A stretch of DNA of 64,000 nt from positions 1,696,001 to 1,760,000 of the forward strand of contig OZ245742.1 of assembly GCA_965227295.1 (NCBI GenBank), in the 5' to 3' direction. This DNA is from Leptonemataceae bacterium. Its GTDB lineage: Bacteria > Spirochaetota > Leptospiria > Leptospirales > Leptonemataceae. A model generated the notes under the pieces. The model was not told the DNA's origin. It worked only from the letters and a program-made list of their open reading frames with translations, and did not search any database. The position numbers and the translations under genes are program-made. Of this stretch, positions 1 through 9,868 are shown one piece after another. How positions within the stretch are numbered: position 1 is the first letter of the stretch; every line of letters starts with the position of its first letter.

Positions 1-2142
1 TTCGAACAGGACCTGCGGCGTTACTTTGATTACGAGAATCGCGTGGAACTGGCGCTCACGGGCGTGGACCTGGAGAAGTTCCGCGCGCAATCGGTGGACG
101 TCTTTCGCTGGCCGCGTTTCGATACGGCGTTCCGGCTGACCGTAAAAGAGCGTTCCCGAAGTGAACTGAACCAACTGGAATGGGGCGAAACGGGCGAGTT
201 GCGTCTGGCCATGGATGATCTGCACACGCCGTATAAAGCGAAGAAGCCCCGGGTGGACTCGCGGTACCGTACGTTTTCGACGGATATGAGCGGTTATTTT
301 TTGATTTCGCGTACTCTTTTTCGGAATCCCGACATCGCCCGCCGCGCGGCCCTGGTCAAGAACGCGCTGGATGACGGTTCCTGGCGGCGGTACGCCGTCC
401 GGGAGCGGCCGATCCTCGCACGCCTGGCCGAGATCGGCGCCGCGCTGGCGGAGCGTCGGGAAGAACTGAGCGCGGAGGACCCGCCGGTGCCGCCCCTGCG
501 CGATGAAGGCATGCGGGATCTGTACGAAGAGTACGCGGAGGTCCTCGAAGAACGCGGGGCCCTGGTGGACGATCTGCGCATGGATCTGTTTCGGAAGACC
601 CGGCCGGCCTACGCTTCGAAGCTGGAAGAGCTGAACGATCTGCGCACGCAATTGAAAGCCACGAATCGCCGGGAAGACCCGGACGCTTACGAACAACTGG
701 CCACACGCATCGGTGAGGTAAAACAGGAAATCGAAGAACGCTTTGAAAGCGATCAGGAACTTTCCGAGGTCGAACGCATTGCCGACGCCTTTGAACATCT
801 GCGGGACGCCGCTCTGTATAACTTCGCGTTGCTGGAGTACCGCCCGGACCAGGACTCGTATGATCAGTACGTGAAGTTCGAGAACGAACGCCGAACCGCT
901 AACTATCGCTGGGCGAATCTTAGAGAATGGGCGCTGCGTCCGGTGTCGGAAACGCGCATCAACCAGCGCCGGGTGGGTTGGGCCATGCTCACCCGCACGC
1001 GCACCGAAACGGAAGAAGAGATGGTCCGCCTGGACACGACGCCCATTGCCGTCGTTACGAACGAACTGCTGTACGGAAACACGGCGGCCTTTACGCGCAT
1101 CTTAGTGGATCAGAGCGACGTGCTGCAACGCATCCGGGAAGAGCGCGGGCGTTTTCTGGACGTGGCGTTGTCCATCGGTCTGCGCATTTTGCTCGCGGCG
1201 ATCATGTTGTCCGTGCTGCTCACCGGCACGATCAAACGCATCATTGCCGGTGCCGATCGCGTGGGGCAGGGTGATCTGAACGTGCGCTTCGAGTACAGCG
1301 GGCGCGACGAGATCGGCAACCTGACGGATTCGTTGAACACGATGGTGCGCGGTCTGAAAGAACGGGAAGAACTACGCGGCGAACTCCAGGCCGCCGAGGA
1401 AATTCAGAAGCGTCTCATTCCCGAGGGCCCGCCGGCTAACTTTACGGATCGTTTGAGCTTCGGCATGTTTTACAAGGCCATGAACGGCGTGGGCGGCGAT
1501 TATTTTGATTTTATCGACGCCGGCCGGAATCGCTTTGTTTTTTGCATTGCCGACGTTTCGAATCACGGCGTCGGGCCGGCCATCGTTATGACGCTCATGC
1601 GTTCGCAACTGCACGCCGTCGTGCGGCGCGGCGAACTGGATCCGGTGAAGATGATCCTGGATTTGAACGAACGCCAGTACGCCGACACGCCGGAGAACAT
1701 TTTTATTACAATGTTTCTGGGTGTCTACGATGCGGGTACCGGTTTGATTCGCTACGTCTCCGCCGGGCATAACCTGGCGTACATCTTTCGTTTTCGCGAG
1801 GAATCCCTGGAGACCGTGCCCGGCGGCGGTATGCCGGTGGGCGCCGTGCCGAACGACATGTTCGGCGGGATTGTTAAGGTTCAGGAAGTTACGCTTAAGA
1901 CCGGAGACTTATTTTTTCAGTTTACCGACGGCGTCAACGAGGCCATGGACGCGAACGATCGCCAGTTCGAGAACGAACGCCTGGAGAAGATTCTGTCGAC
2001 GCTCGGTAAAAAGAAGCCGCAGTTGATTGTTACGACGATTGCGCAGGCCGTGGAACGTTTCAGCGGGAAGCGGATTTTCTGCGACGGGCCGTCCGAGTTG
2101 AATGATGATATTGCCATGATTGCGTTTCGGCGGAAGGGTTAG
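1..2142 (+). CDS. Membrane HAMP + SpoIIE/PP2C (RsbU-like) Ser/Thr phosphatase, 5' truncated by the window edge
   Basis: Frame open from base 1; TM helix, HAMP (GDLNVRF..RDEIGNL..SLNTM), PP2C motifs VGGDYFD, IADVSNHG, FTDGVNEA, DDIAM. Confidence 0.9.
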   Translation, partial: FEQDLRRYFDYENRVELALTGVDLEKFRAQSVDVFRWPRFDTAFRLTVKERSRSELNQLEWGETGELRLAMDDLHTPYKAKKPRVDSRYRTFSTDMSGYFLISRTLFRNPDIARRAALVKNALDDGSWRRYAVRERPILARLAEIGAALAERREELSAEDPPVPPLRDEGMRDLYEEYAEVLEERGALVDDLRMDLFRKTRPAYASKLEELNDLRTQLKATNRREDPDAYEQLATRIGEVKQEIEERFESDQELSEVERIADAFEHLRDAALYNFALLEYRPDQDSYDQYVKFENERRTANYRWANLREWALRPVSETRINQRRVGWAMLTRTRTETEEEMVRLDTTPIAVVTNELLYGNTAAFTRILVDQSDVLQRIREERGRFLDVALSIGLRILLAAIMLSVLLTGTIKRIIAGADRVGQGDLNVRFEYSGRDEIGNLTDSLNTMVRGLKEREELRGELQAAEEIQKRLIPEGPPANFTDRLSFGMFYKAMNGVGGDYFDFIDAGRNRFVFCIADVSNHGVGPAIVMTLMRSQLHAVVRRGELDPVKMILDLNERQYADTPENIFITMFLGVYDAGTGLIRYVSAGHNLAYIFRFREESLETVPGGGMPVGAVPNDMFGGIVKVQEVTLKTGDLFFQFTDGVNEAMDANDRQFENERLEKILSTLGKKKPQLIVTTIAQAVERFSGKRIFCDGPSELNDDIAMIAFRRKG

Positions 2143-2175
2143 GTTTGAGTTTCTCGATATCCATAGTAGGGTTAC

Positions 2176-2544
2176 CTATCCTGTTGGTTCTTCTTTTCGT
2201 GTCTGACTCTGCTGCCGCCGGTTTGTTGCCGTGGATTCTCCCAGTCTCGCCTGCGACTTCGCTTGCAATTCCTCGGGCACTTCCATGCGCAACGCCTCTA
2301 AAATCGCCTTCGCAAGAATTCGGCTCTGCTTCACCACGCCATCCAGTCGATTCTGAAACCCGCCCTGTCCGTAGTCCTGCGCATAGCGCAGGATTCGACC
2401 GACATCTTCCGTTGTCAGTTCCACATGGGAATCCTGAATACGCTTCTGAAGTTTGCGGAGCAAAGATTGCCAGCCGCCGCTCCCCTGCACAGGAAGGAGC
2501 AGGCGATCACGCTGGGCATCTGTAAGTGGAATCAGAATTTTCAT
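2176..2544 (-). CDS. Small hypothetical protein with an internal GxGG(W/F)Q repeat
   Basis: 122 aa, starts 16 bp after the upstream nuclease gene stop; GSGGWQSLL and GQGGFQNRL. Confidence 0.7.
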   Translation of the reverse strand: MKILIPLTDAQRDRLLLPVQGSGGWQSLLRKLQKRIQDSHVELTTEDVGRILRYAQDYGQGGFQNRLDGVVKQSRILAKAILEALRMEVPEELQAKSQARLGESTATNRRQQSQTRKEEPTG

Positions 2545-2560
2545 TGTAAAACGCGCAGTC

Positions 2561-3745
2561 TCACACTACGGCCCCAACCTTCGGCACCGTAGCCGGTAAC
2601 ATCGTCTTCTCCATCAGCAATTTCATGCACGTCTCGGTGTCCTCGGTTTCCAGCTCCGAAGATATTCCTATCCGCCAGCCACATTGATCCCGGTTTCCGT
2701 CCTGGCTCACAACCTTGCGGCACAGCGGACAATACTCACGTTTAGCACGTGCCAGAAGTTCAATCATCCTTTGCGGATTCTCAATTTCCGTGCGTGGTGC
2801 AATGGCGATCTCGTTCACTCCGAGAATTTCGTGAGTGTTCGGATTTAGATCGATGGAAAGAATCCCCAGCTCGTTGTCGGAAGCGAGCTTCACGAAGTTA
2901 TTGTAACGATCCGGATCGTAAAAGTTCTGCGTATCAAAAAGCGGGATGACGATGTAAGTATAGTTTGCAAACTCTTTATAGTTCACGGCCTGACTGATCG
3001 CGTCGGAGATATATTCGATGCTGTTCGTCGGCTTGAGTTCGAAGTTGTAGAGGAGAACTTCATCGCCCGCATAGCTGGCATTAATCTTCAGGCCCTCGTA
3101 ATCGACGTTCTGGTATTTTCCGAGCTCTCGGTCCTCTTGCGCGTGGTACAGGAAGTTCAGTTTGAGCGCGCGTTTGATTTCATTCAATGTATGCTGGCCG
3201 AGTTCTTGTTCCGTCTTGCGAGAATCCGCGGCCTGGAAATAGTATTTTTCGATGCCGACTGTAAAGTGGAGGCTGCGTGTGCTGAACTTAAAGCGATGAT
3301 TGTTGATAGTGCGCCCCGAAAATGCATTCTTCGCCTGTGAGAAGGAATAGCTCCCGGCGTATTCCTTTAAGTACGTGTGCAGGTTGGGCAACTCATCTTC
3401 CAGAACCTTGAGGAAGGATCCCGAGGTTGCCTTGCTCGCGTGATATTTCTCGGCAAGTTCATCGCCGACTTCCGCCGGCAGATCTACTGACGCGAGTTCG
3501 ATTGGACCGAACGGTCCCTTGGTGCGTTTCCAGGAAAAGCCGAGGTCACCCTGATATTCAACGAAGATATCACGGAATTCCTCCCAGGCAATCTCATCAA
3601 TCCGGCGGCCGGTCAAATGATTCAGGGCCTGCTTGTCTTCAAAAAGGAGTTCGAATTCGCTTTTTGCGATCTTGAAGTCGGATCCACGTGTGTCGAGTTT
3701 TACAAGGGCGGCTGCCAGGCGTTCGATTCTCTTAACTGTGTTCAT
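2561..3745 (-). CDS. Putative PD-(D/E)XK nuclease (HrgA/COG2958-like catalytic region) with a C-terminal Cys cluster
   Basis: GKYQNVD...YNFELK...AISQAVNY..FANYTYIV; CPLC...CGW...C; GGAGAG RBS; visibly more AT-rich than the flanks. Confidence 0.6.
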   Translation of the reverse strand: MNTVKRIERLAAALVKLDTRGSDFKIAKSEFELLFEDKQALNHLTGRRIDEIAWEEFRDIFVEYQGDLGFSWKRTKGPFGPIELASVDLPAEVGDELAEKYHASKATSGSFLKVLEDELPNLHTYLKEYAGSYSFSQAKNAFSGRTINNHRFKFSTRSLHFTVGIEKYYFQAADSRKTEQELGQHTLNEIKRALKLNFLYHAQEDRELGKYQNVDYEGLKINASYAGDEVLLYNFELKPTNSIEYISDAISQAVNYKEFANYTYIVIPLFDTQNFYDPDRYNNFVKLASDNELGILSIDLNPNTHEILGVNEIAIAPRTEIENPQRMIELLARAKREYCPLCRKVVSQDGNRDQCGWRIGISSELETEDTETCMKLLMEKTMLPATVPKVGAVV

Positions 3746-3851
3746 CTGCTCTCCAAAGAGCGACCAAAAAGAATCTAGTCATCTGAACCTTGCAAGGAAA
3801 AATCACAAATATACATGGATCGGAAGCTAATACCGGCTCCATTATGAGTAA

Positions 3852-4082
3852 TCACCCCGTACTGACCTCAGATTTCGCCCGCACTGGGACAGTAAACCGA
3901 TCGATATCCTCCACCGTGATCGACGTCGGGTTGCCCGCGGCGGGACCGATATTTCGATGCAGGGCCTGCTGTATCGATACGGGCACTCGCTCCGCGTTCG
4001 TCGATACGATGCGGATTCCCGGATGCAATTTCTGCCCGGAGCAAGATGGAAGTACGATTGCGACCAGAAGGACGACACGCAA
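3852..4082 (-). pseudogene. Possible short lipoprotein or gene remnant
   Basis: Hydrophobic N-terminus ending in LPSC; only 76 aa, TTG start. Confidence 0.25.
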
Positions 4083-4261
4083 ACCGGCAGGCGGCGCATC
4101 ATGCTCATCCCATCATTCATCCACCTGACGCACCTACGCATCCCCCACCTTCTCGCGCGTCGCCATCTCACATCTCACCGAACTTCAGGTTCTGCAACTC
4201 TGCGAGCGATCCGTCGCGTTGAATCATTTCGTCCAAACGAACGCGCCTTTTCTGATGATGC

Positions 4262-5257
4262 TTACGGCACGCGAATCCCACAGCGTTCCAGGCGCAGGGC
4301 CGACGGATTGCTGAGGAAATACCAGAAGTCCGGCTTCGCCTGCGGGTCTTCCGGCGGCGTAAGCGCGGCGTATGTGTAGAGATACTGTAGGCGGATCGCG
4401 GAACGTTTCACCGGGCCGAAGCTGCGAGAATCGAGGGAATCGTCGCGGTTGTCGCCCAGAACGTAGTATTCGTCCGCGCCGAGTTGACCATTCTGTATGT
4501 AAAGGCTGATGCGCAACCTTTGCTCACGTATCGCGTAGGTGTGACCGGCAATGGTTTCGTATACCGTCATTCCTACGCAGTCCACTTCTTCGCGTGTACA
4601 CAACTCCGGCCCGGCGGCCTGCGGTGTTTGCGGAATCATTTCGCCGTTGAGATAGATCCGATTCACCGAGAGTTCGATGCCTTCGAAGGACAGCGTCTCT
4701 TCGCGGAGTTCTACGTGATCCCCCGGTACTCCGATGATACGTTTTACGTGGGAACGCCCGGTCTCCATGTCCTCGATCGTTACGATGTCGCCGCGACGTA
4801 AGTCTCCGGCGACCTGGAAGTACGCGAAATCACCTTCCTGCAACCCGGGCGTCATGGAATTCGAGACGATAACCTTGCCGTCCGCGAAGCGTGTGACGAC
4901 GTGGCTGGTGCCGATGGATGCCGCCGCGTACAGGCATAACGAAACCGGCACGAACCACCACGCCGCCGGCCGACGAAAGAGAACGTGCTCCGACGGGCTA
5001 TGCTTCGCGGCCGTGTGCAAGGTGTCGATAAGCACGACGAAGTAGACCAGGATCTGCACCGCGACAAATAAGAGGAGGACCGTCAGCGCTGCGAAGGCGC
5101 CGATGCTATGAAACGTAAGAGTGTGCGCGAGAATCATCAATAGCGGCAACAATAGAAAGACGGCCAGGACCAGCACGAAGCGCCGCGGTGATTGGAGATA
5201 GTAGTATCCGTAGGGTGGTAAGATGAGATTCAGCAATACGGCGATGACTGTGCGCAT
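4262..5257 (-). CDS. lepB: Signal peptidase I with an extended multi-TM N-terminus
   Basis: SNSMTPGL (catalytic Ser), HVKRIIGVPGD (Lys), GDNRDDSLDSR. Confidence 0.9.
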   Translation of the reverse strand: MRTVIAVLLNLILPPYGYYYLQSPRRFVLVLAVFLLLPLLMILAHTLTFHSIGAFAALTVLLLFVAVQILVYFVVLIDTLHTAAKHSPSEHVLFRRPAAWWFVPVSLCLYAAASIGTSHVVTRFADGKVIVSNSMTPGLQEGDFAYFQVAGDLRRGDIVTIEDMETGRSHVKRIIGVPGDHVELREETLSFEGIELSVNRIYLNGEMIPQTPQAAGPELCTREEVDCVGMTVYETIAGHTYAIREQRLRISLYIQNGQLGADEYYVLGDNRDDSLDSRSFGPVKRSAIRLQYLYTYAALTPPEDPQAKPDFWYFLSNPSALRLERCGIRVP

Positions 5258-5522
5258 GCGATGACTCGCCGGCAGGATCGGCGTTGTGTCAAGCAGTACC
5301 GAACGTCGGCGGCATTCTACCGGGTTCCGTCCATTTCCGGCCCGGCGCCATCCCGGAACTCCAGGCGCTCCATGGAGAAGCCGAACGATCTGCCCGCTTC
5401 TTGAACCGCGGCGAATCCCGCCGGGTTGGTGGTGCCCATGAGAAAATACGACATAGTCCGTTCCGAAGCGATATCACGGCGAAAGATCGTTGCCGACAAC
5501 ACTGTTTTCCGGCCATCTTATC

Positions 5523-5556
5523 TTGACATCCAAAACATGTATATAAAATATGTGTT
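5523..5556 (+). promoter_or_regulatory. TTGACA -35 element and NsrR-type operator upstream of the Rrf2 gene
   Basis: TTGACA 5523-5528; AACATGTATAT-A-AAATATGTGTT 5534-5556 is an imperfect 11-1-11 inverted repeat resembling AAGATGYATTT-N-AAATRCATCTT. Confidence 0.7.
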
Positions 5557-5561
5557 ACAGC

Positions 5562-6014
5562 ATGCAGCTCACCGCGTTCACCGATTATTCCCTGCGCATC
5601 CTCATGTACGTCGCCGCAAACGAGGGCCGGCTCTCCACCATCGACGGCATTTCGGAGGCCTACGGAATCTCGCGGAATCATGTCATGAAAGCCGTTCACA
5701 GCCTGGGCGAACACGGCTATCTGCAAACCATCCGTGGCAAAGGCGGCGGCATTCTGCTCGGCCGGCCCGCGGCCCGAATCAATCTCGGGGACGTCGTGCG
5801 TATCACCGAAAGCAATCTGGCCGTCGTGCCGTGTTTTGCGGACGAAGCAGAGGGCTGCGCCATTGAAAGACACTGCGTGCTGAGTTCCGTGCTGCACCAG
5901 GCCCTGGGCGCGTTTCTGTCCGTCCTCGATCAATACAGTCTGGCCGATCTCATGCGGCCCGCGCGACGATTGCGTGCGGACCTGGGGATTCCCGCACCCG
6001 GAGTACAAACATGA
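5562..6014 (+). CDS. nsrR: Rrf2-family Fe-S transcriptional regulator, NsrR-like
   Basis: MQLTAFTDYSLRILMY, ISRNHVMK, RGKGGGI; three C-terminal Cys (PCF..GCAIERHC). Confidence 0.85.
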   Translation: MQLTAFTDYSLRILMYVAANEGRLSTIDGISEAYGISRNHVMKAVHSLGEHGYLQTIRGKGGGILLGRPAARINLGDVVRITESNLAVVPCFADEAEGCAIERHCVLSSVLHQALGAFLSVLDQYSLADLMRPARRLRADLGIPAPGVQT

Positions 6015-7138
6015 ACACAACGTATATTAGCCATACCGGCTTTCATCTGGAAAGCATCACCCGGACCGAAAGCGATGCCATCATCACCTCGGACGAAAGC
6101 CGGAGGATTCTTTCCTGGAACGCGGGGGCGGTCAATCTCTTCGGCTACTCGGCCTCCGAGGCGATCGGCCGGCCCATCGATATGCTCATGCCGGAGCGCT
6201 ATCGTGATCGGCACAACGACGGCATGTTGCGATTGTCGGGCGGCGGTGCGCCGCGTGTCCTTGGTCGGGCCCTGGACGTCGAGGCCGTGCGCAAGAACGG
6301 TGAGGAGTTTCCCATCGAACTGACGCTGGGCATGAGCCGTCGCGACGGCCGCGCGGCGTTCAGCGCCATCATCCGCGACGTCAGCGAACGCAAGGCGGCC
6401 GAGCGTTTGTTGATCGAGCAGAAACGCATCATCGAAGCAGAACGGCAAAAATCGGAAGAGCTGCTGCGTAACATTCTGCCCGCTTCGATTGTTGCCGAAC
6501 TGAAAGAGCGCGGCAATGTCGCGCCGCGCTTGCATCCGGCGGCCACCGTCCTGTTTACGGACATCCACGCGTTCACCCGCATCGCGGAACGCAGTACCCC
6601 GGAGAATCTGGTAAGTGCGTTGCATCGTATGTTTACGAACTTTGATGAAATCGTACACCGACGCGGCCTGGAGAAAATTAAGACGATCGGCGACGCCTAT
6701 ATGTGCGCCGGCGGCATCGGCGAATCCGGTGATGCGGATGATCATCATACAGTACGCATGGTGTTGGCCGCGGTGGAGATGCAACGTTTCATGCGTCGTT
6801 GTATGCCGGAGTGGTCCATTCGCGTCGGCGTGCATGTGGGCCCCGTGATTGCCGGTGTCGTCGGTCGCTGGAAGTATGCGTACGACGTCTGGGGCGATAC
6901 GGTCAACATCGCTGCGCGCATGGAGCAGCACGGCATCCCCGGGCAGATCAACGTGAGTGCGGATGTCTTCGCGCGTATTGGTCATCTGTTTACGTTTCAG
7001 TCTCGGGGCGCGGTGAGCGTGTATAACAAAGACGACATGATGATGTATCTGCTGACGGGGTTACGGCCGGAGTTTCGCAGCGGCGAGAATTCCTGGCGAC
7101 CCAATGCGCGGTTTCGGAAAGTGCTGCGCAACGAATGA
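6011..7138 (+). CDS. PAS domain (FixL-like, putative heme) + class III adenylate cyclase
   Basis: LMPERYRDRH...RKNGEEFPIEL; FTDI, EKIKTIGDAYM, YDVWGDTVNIAARME; ATGA overlap with the nsrR stop. Confidence 0.9.
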   Translation: MNTTYISHTGFHLESITRTESDAIITSDESRRILSWNAGAVNLFGYSASEAIGRPIDMLMPERYRDRHNDGMLRLSGGGAPRVLGRALDVEAVRKNGEEFPIELTLGMSRRDGRAAFSAIIRDVSERKAAERLLIEQKRIIEAERQKSEELLRNILPASIVAELKERGNVAPRLHPAATVLFTDIHAFTRIAERSTPENLVSALHRMFTNFDEIVHRRGLEKIKTIGDAYMCAGGIGESGDADDHHTVRMVLAAVEMQRFMRRCMPEWSIRVGVHVGPVIAGVVGRWKYAYDVWGDTVNIAARMEQHGIPGQINVSADVFARIGHLFTFQSRGAVSVYNKDDMMMYLLTGLRPEFRSGENSWRPNARFRKVLRNE

Positions 7139-7184
7139 CGCAATTTCCCCTTGCAAGATCATACGCCGTCATTATGTTTCACGT

Positions 7185-8675
7185 ATGCCCGCACATCCAT
7201 CTCATGAACACGATCCCGAAGGTCGGCGGTTACCGTTTAAGATCGACTCGGCCACCAACGGCGAGTACGAGCCGCGTCCGCTAACATCGTTTGAACGCAA
7301 TGTCCGCCGCGCTGCGCACGAGCGTGTGGATGTCGCCGCGAAGTACGTCGGCCTCGATCGTCGCAGTTTCCTCAAAAGTTCCATGGGCGTGGCCGCGGTC
7401 CTGCTCACGATGAACCAGGCCTGCCGGGACTCGGGCCGGGACGGCGGCGGATTCGACGTGTCGGGGGATGCGGAGCACGATCCGGACGCTGCCGGCGCGA
7501 CGCTCGGTAAACGCGACGATGAATTTATTTTTGATATTCAGACTCACTGCGTTGATCCTTCCGGCGATTGGGCGCAGGGCCCCGACGGCAAGCGCTGGCA
7601 GCGGAATCTTACGCAGGTGTTCGGCCAGGCGTCAAAGTGCGGCGACGGTTCGTTCGAATGTTACAGCGCGCGACAGTTGATCAAAGACGTCTTTCTGGAC
7701 AGCGATACCGACGCCGCGGTGGTTTCGGCTCTCTGGGGGGCACGCGGCAGCAATCCGACGCCCACGGAGTACGCCGCCGAAGCCCGGGCCGTCGTCGAGG
7801 AAATGGGCGGCCGGGGCCGGGCCATGATCCACGGGGGCGTACTGCCGAACGAGAAAGGCGCGCTTGACTTTATGTCAACACAGGTTAAGGAGTTCGCCGT
7901 AGACGCGTGGAAGTTGTATCCGCAGTGGGGACCGGAGGGCGTGGGCTTCTTTATGGACGATGAACGCTACGGGCTGCCGTTCCTGGAGCGCGCCCGGGAC
8001 CTGGACGTGCGCACCGTGTGCATTCATAAAGGGGTGCCTTTGCCGGGCCTGGAATATCGTTACAGCGATCCGTCGGACATGGGCCCCGTCGCCGTAAAGT
8101 ACGATGATCTTACATTTGTAATTTACCACTCCGGCTTCGAGTCGGGTGTCAGCGAGGGACCGTACAATCCGCAGAAGCCGCAGGGCGTGGACCGGCTCAT
8201 CAAGAGTTTTCAGGGCGCCGGTCTGGAACGCAACAAGGGAAATCTCTACGCGGAGCTGGGGAGCGTCTGGCGCTATTTCATGACGAAGCCCGATCAGGCG
8301 GCGCATCTACTCGGTAAACTCTTTAAGTACATGGGCGAAGATCGTATCTGCTGGGGTACGGACTCTCTCTGGTACGGCTCGCCCCAGGATCAAATTCAGG
8401 CCTTTCGCACGTTTCAGATATCCCCGGCGTTGCGCAAGCAGTTCGGCTATCCGGAGATTACCCCGGAAATGCGCGCGAAGGTTTTCGGGCTCAATGCCGC
8501 TAAGATCTACGGAGTGAATGTTAGCGATGTGCGCCGGCTGAGCACGACGGACTTTCCGGGCAAACTCAAGGCGGCGTACCGGGACGAGGCGAATCCGAGT
8601 TTTGCCACACACGGCCCGCAGACGCGGCGCGAGTTTCTACAGCTATGGCGCGATCGCGGCGGACGACCGGGTTGA
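7185..8675 (+). CDS. Amidohydrolase_2-family metallohydrolase with an internal twin-arginine motif
   Basis: LDRRSFLK + hydrophobic stretch; FDIQTH, WKLYP, CIHKG, IYHSG, WGTDS. Confidence 0.85.
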   Translation: MPAHPSHEHDPEGRRLPFKIDSATNGEYEPRPLTSFERNVRRAAHERVDVAAKYVGLDRRSFLKSSMGVAAVLLTMNQACRDSGRDGGGFDVSGDAEHDPDAAGATLGKRDDEFIFDIQTHCVDPSGDWAQGPDGKRWQRNLTQVFGQASKCGDGSFECYSARQLIKDVFLDSDTDAAVVSALWGARGSNPTPTEYAAEARAVVEEMGGRGRAMIHGGVLPNEKGALDFMSTQVKEFAVDAWKLYPQWGPEGVGFFMDDERYGLPFLERARDLDVRTVCIHKGVPLPGLEYRYSDPSDMGPVAVKYDDLTFVIYHSGFESGVSEGPYNPQKPQGVDRLIKSFQGAGLERNKGNLYAELGSVWRYFMTKPDQAAHLLGKLFKYMGEDRICWGTDSLWYGSPQDQIQAFRTFQISPALRKQFGYPEITPEMRAKVFGLNAAKIYGVNVSDVRRLSTTDFPGKLKAAYRDEANPSFATHGPQTRREFLQLWRDRGGRPG

Positions 8676-8780
8676 TCAGGTAGCGCGAAACGCCGCGTCC
8701 AGGCGGTCGATGTACTCCGCGCTGAGTTCTAAGAACCGCGACGCGCCGCGCGCCGATGAAGGCGCGAACATGGAGTCGTG

Positions 8781-9125
8781 CTATTCCGGCTTCAGGTTGG
8801 ATCGCACCAGTCCCAGGCCCTGCCAGAAGTCCGGTGGATACTCCAGTTCCGACGGCGCGCGCGACCAGCCGCCCGTGAGGTTCAGCTCGTAGCCGTCGCC
8901 GAGTCGCCGGTATTCGACGTTCTTGAGATGGAGCTGGTCCCAACCGCCGAGGTGTTTGAGGTCGTCGAGGTCTTCCGGATACTGCCCGTAACGAACCTTG
9001 TGCAGTTCGATCAGAGCTATGGACGTCTTAATGTGTTGATCCCCGAAAGTTTGATTTGCGAACTCTTCCAGTGCGCAACTTCCGAGCAAGGCCGGCAATA
9101 GAATGATTGCGAGTTTTCGTTTCAT
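8781..9125 (-). CDS. Small lipoprotein with a weak GspG-like core
   Basis: MKRKLAIILLPALLGSC lipobox; IELHKVRYGQYPEDLDDL. Confidence 0.7.
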   Translation of the reverse strand: MKRKLAIILLPALLGSCALEEFANQTFGDQHIKTSIALIELHKVRYGQYPEDLDDLKHLGGWDQLHLKNVEYRRLGDGYELNLTGGWSRAPSELEYPPDFWQGLGLVRSNLKPE

Positions 9126-9130
9126 ACCAT

Positions 9131-9868
9131 CTACTCCACACTTTCCCGTTCCCATTCCAGATGCGCGCGATGCCTGCTGAAGAACCCCGTCTCTTCTTTA
9201 TACATGCCGTACTTCGCCCACAGATCGTCCGTAAAGTACACCGGGGTTAAATTAATGAGCGTCGCCGCCTGCGCCGCCGAAACATCCTCGCGCAGTGCAA
9301 ACAAATGGTTCCACGAGATCACCTCGAATGCGAACGGCCCCCGCAGCTCCGCGCCGTCTTTCGCGCGAACCTCGATCTTTTTATGTTTTACGCCGAACGC
9401 CGACGGATCGTAGTTCTCCGCGGTTTCGTAGTGCAGGCCGATAATCCTGCCGCGCGGGTCGATCGTCAACACGACCACTTCGATGTCTTTCGGACCGAAC
9501 ATCGTTTGCTGCAACCCCAGGCCGCCGGTGTAGATGTTGCGACTGAGAAACGGCGAGCAGCCCGAGGTATCGTTCCGTTCGAACGGCCACACGAAATGAT
9601 AGGCGATGTGCAGGTTGCCGTCCGAATCCCGGCTCATGCGATACAGCAGCGCCTCGGGATCGCCGTAGTCGGAGCCGCCGATGAGTTGCGGCGCGTGTTG
9701 CGCTGCGAGTTCGTCGTCACGCAACGCTTCGAACTCGGGCACATCGATGCGTGGAGCACTGCCCGCACTGGCGCAGGACGGCAATTGCGGGACGATCATC
9801 CCGATCAGCATACAAAAAAAGCAAATCGACTTGACCCGTACGCAAAGCAGGCGGCAGACATTCTTCAT
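9131..9868 (-). CDS. Hypothetical lipoprotein (start uncertain)
   Basis: LPSC lipobox-like motif; stop 5 bp before the next gene on the same strand. Confidence 0.7.
   Translation of the reverse strand: MKNVCRLLCVRVKSICFFCMLIGMIVPQLPSCASAGSAPRIDVPEFEALRDDELAAQHAPQLIGGSDYGDPEALLYRMSRDSDGNLHIAYHFVWPFERNDTSGCSPFLSRNIYTGGLGLQQTMFGPKDIEVVVLTIDPRGRIIGLHYETAENYDPSAFGVKHKKIEVRAKDGAELRGPFAFEVISWNHLFALREDVSAAQAATLINLTPVYFTDDLWAKYGMYKEETGFFSRHRAHLEWERESVE

Noticed and set aside
5317-5502. Small ORF divergent from nsrR as an NO-detoxification target
   Set aside because: Too short, with no globin, Hcp or hemerythrin motifs
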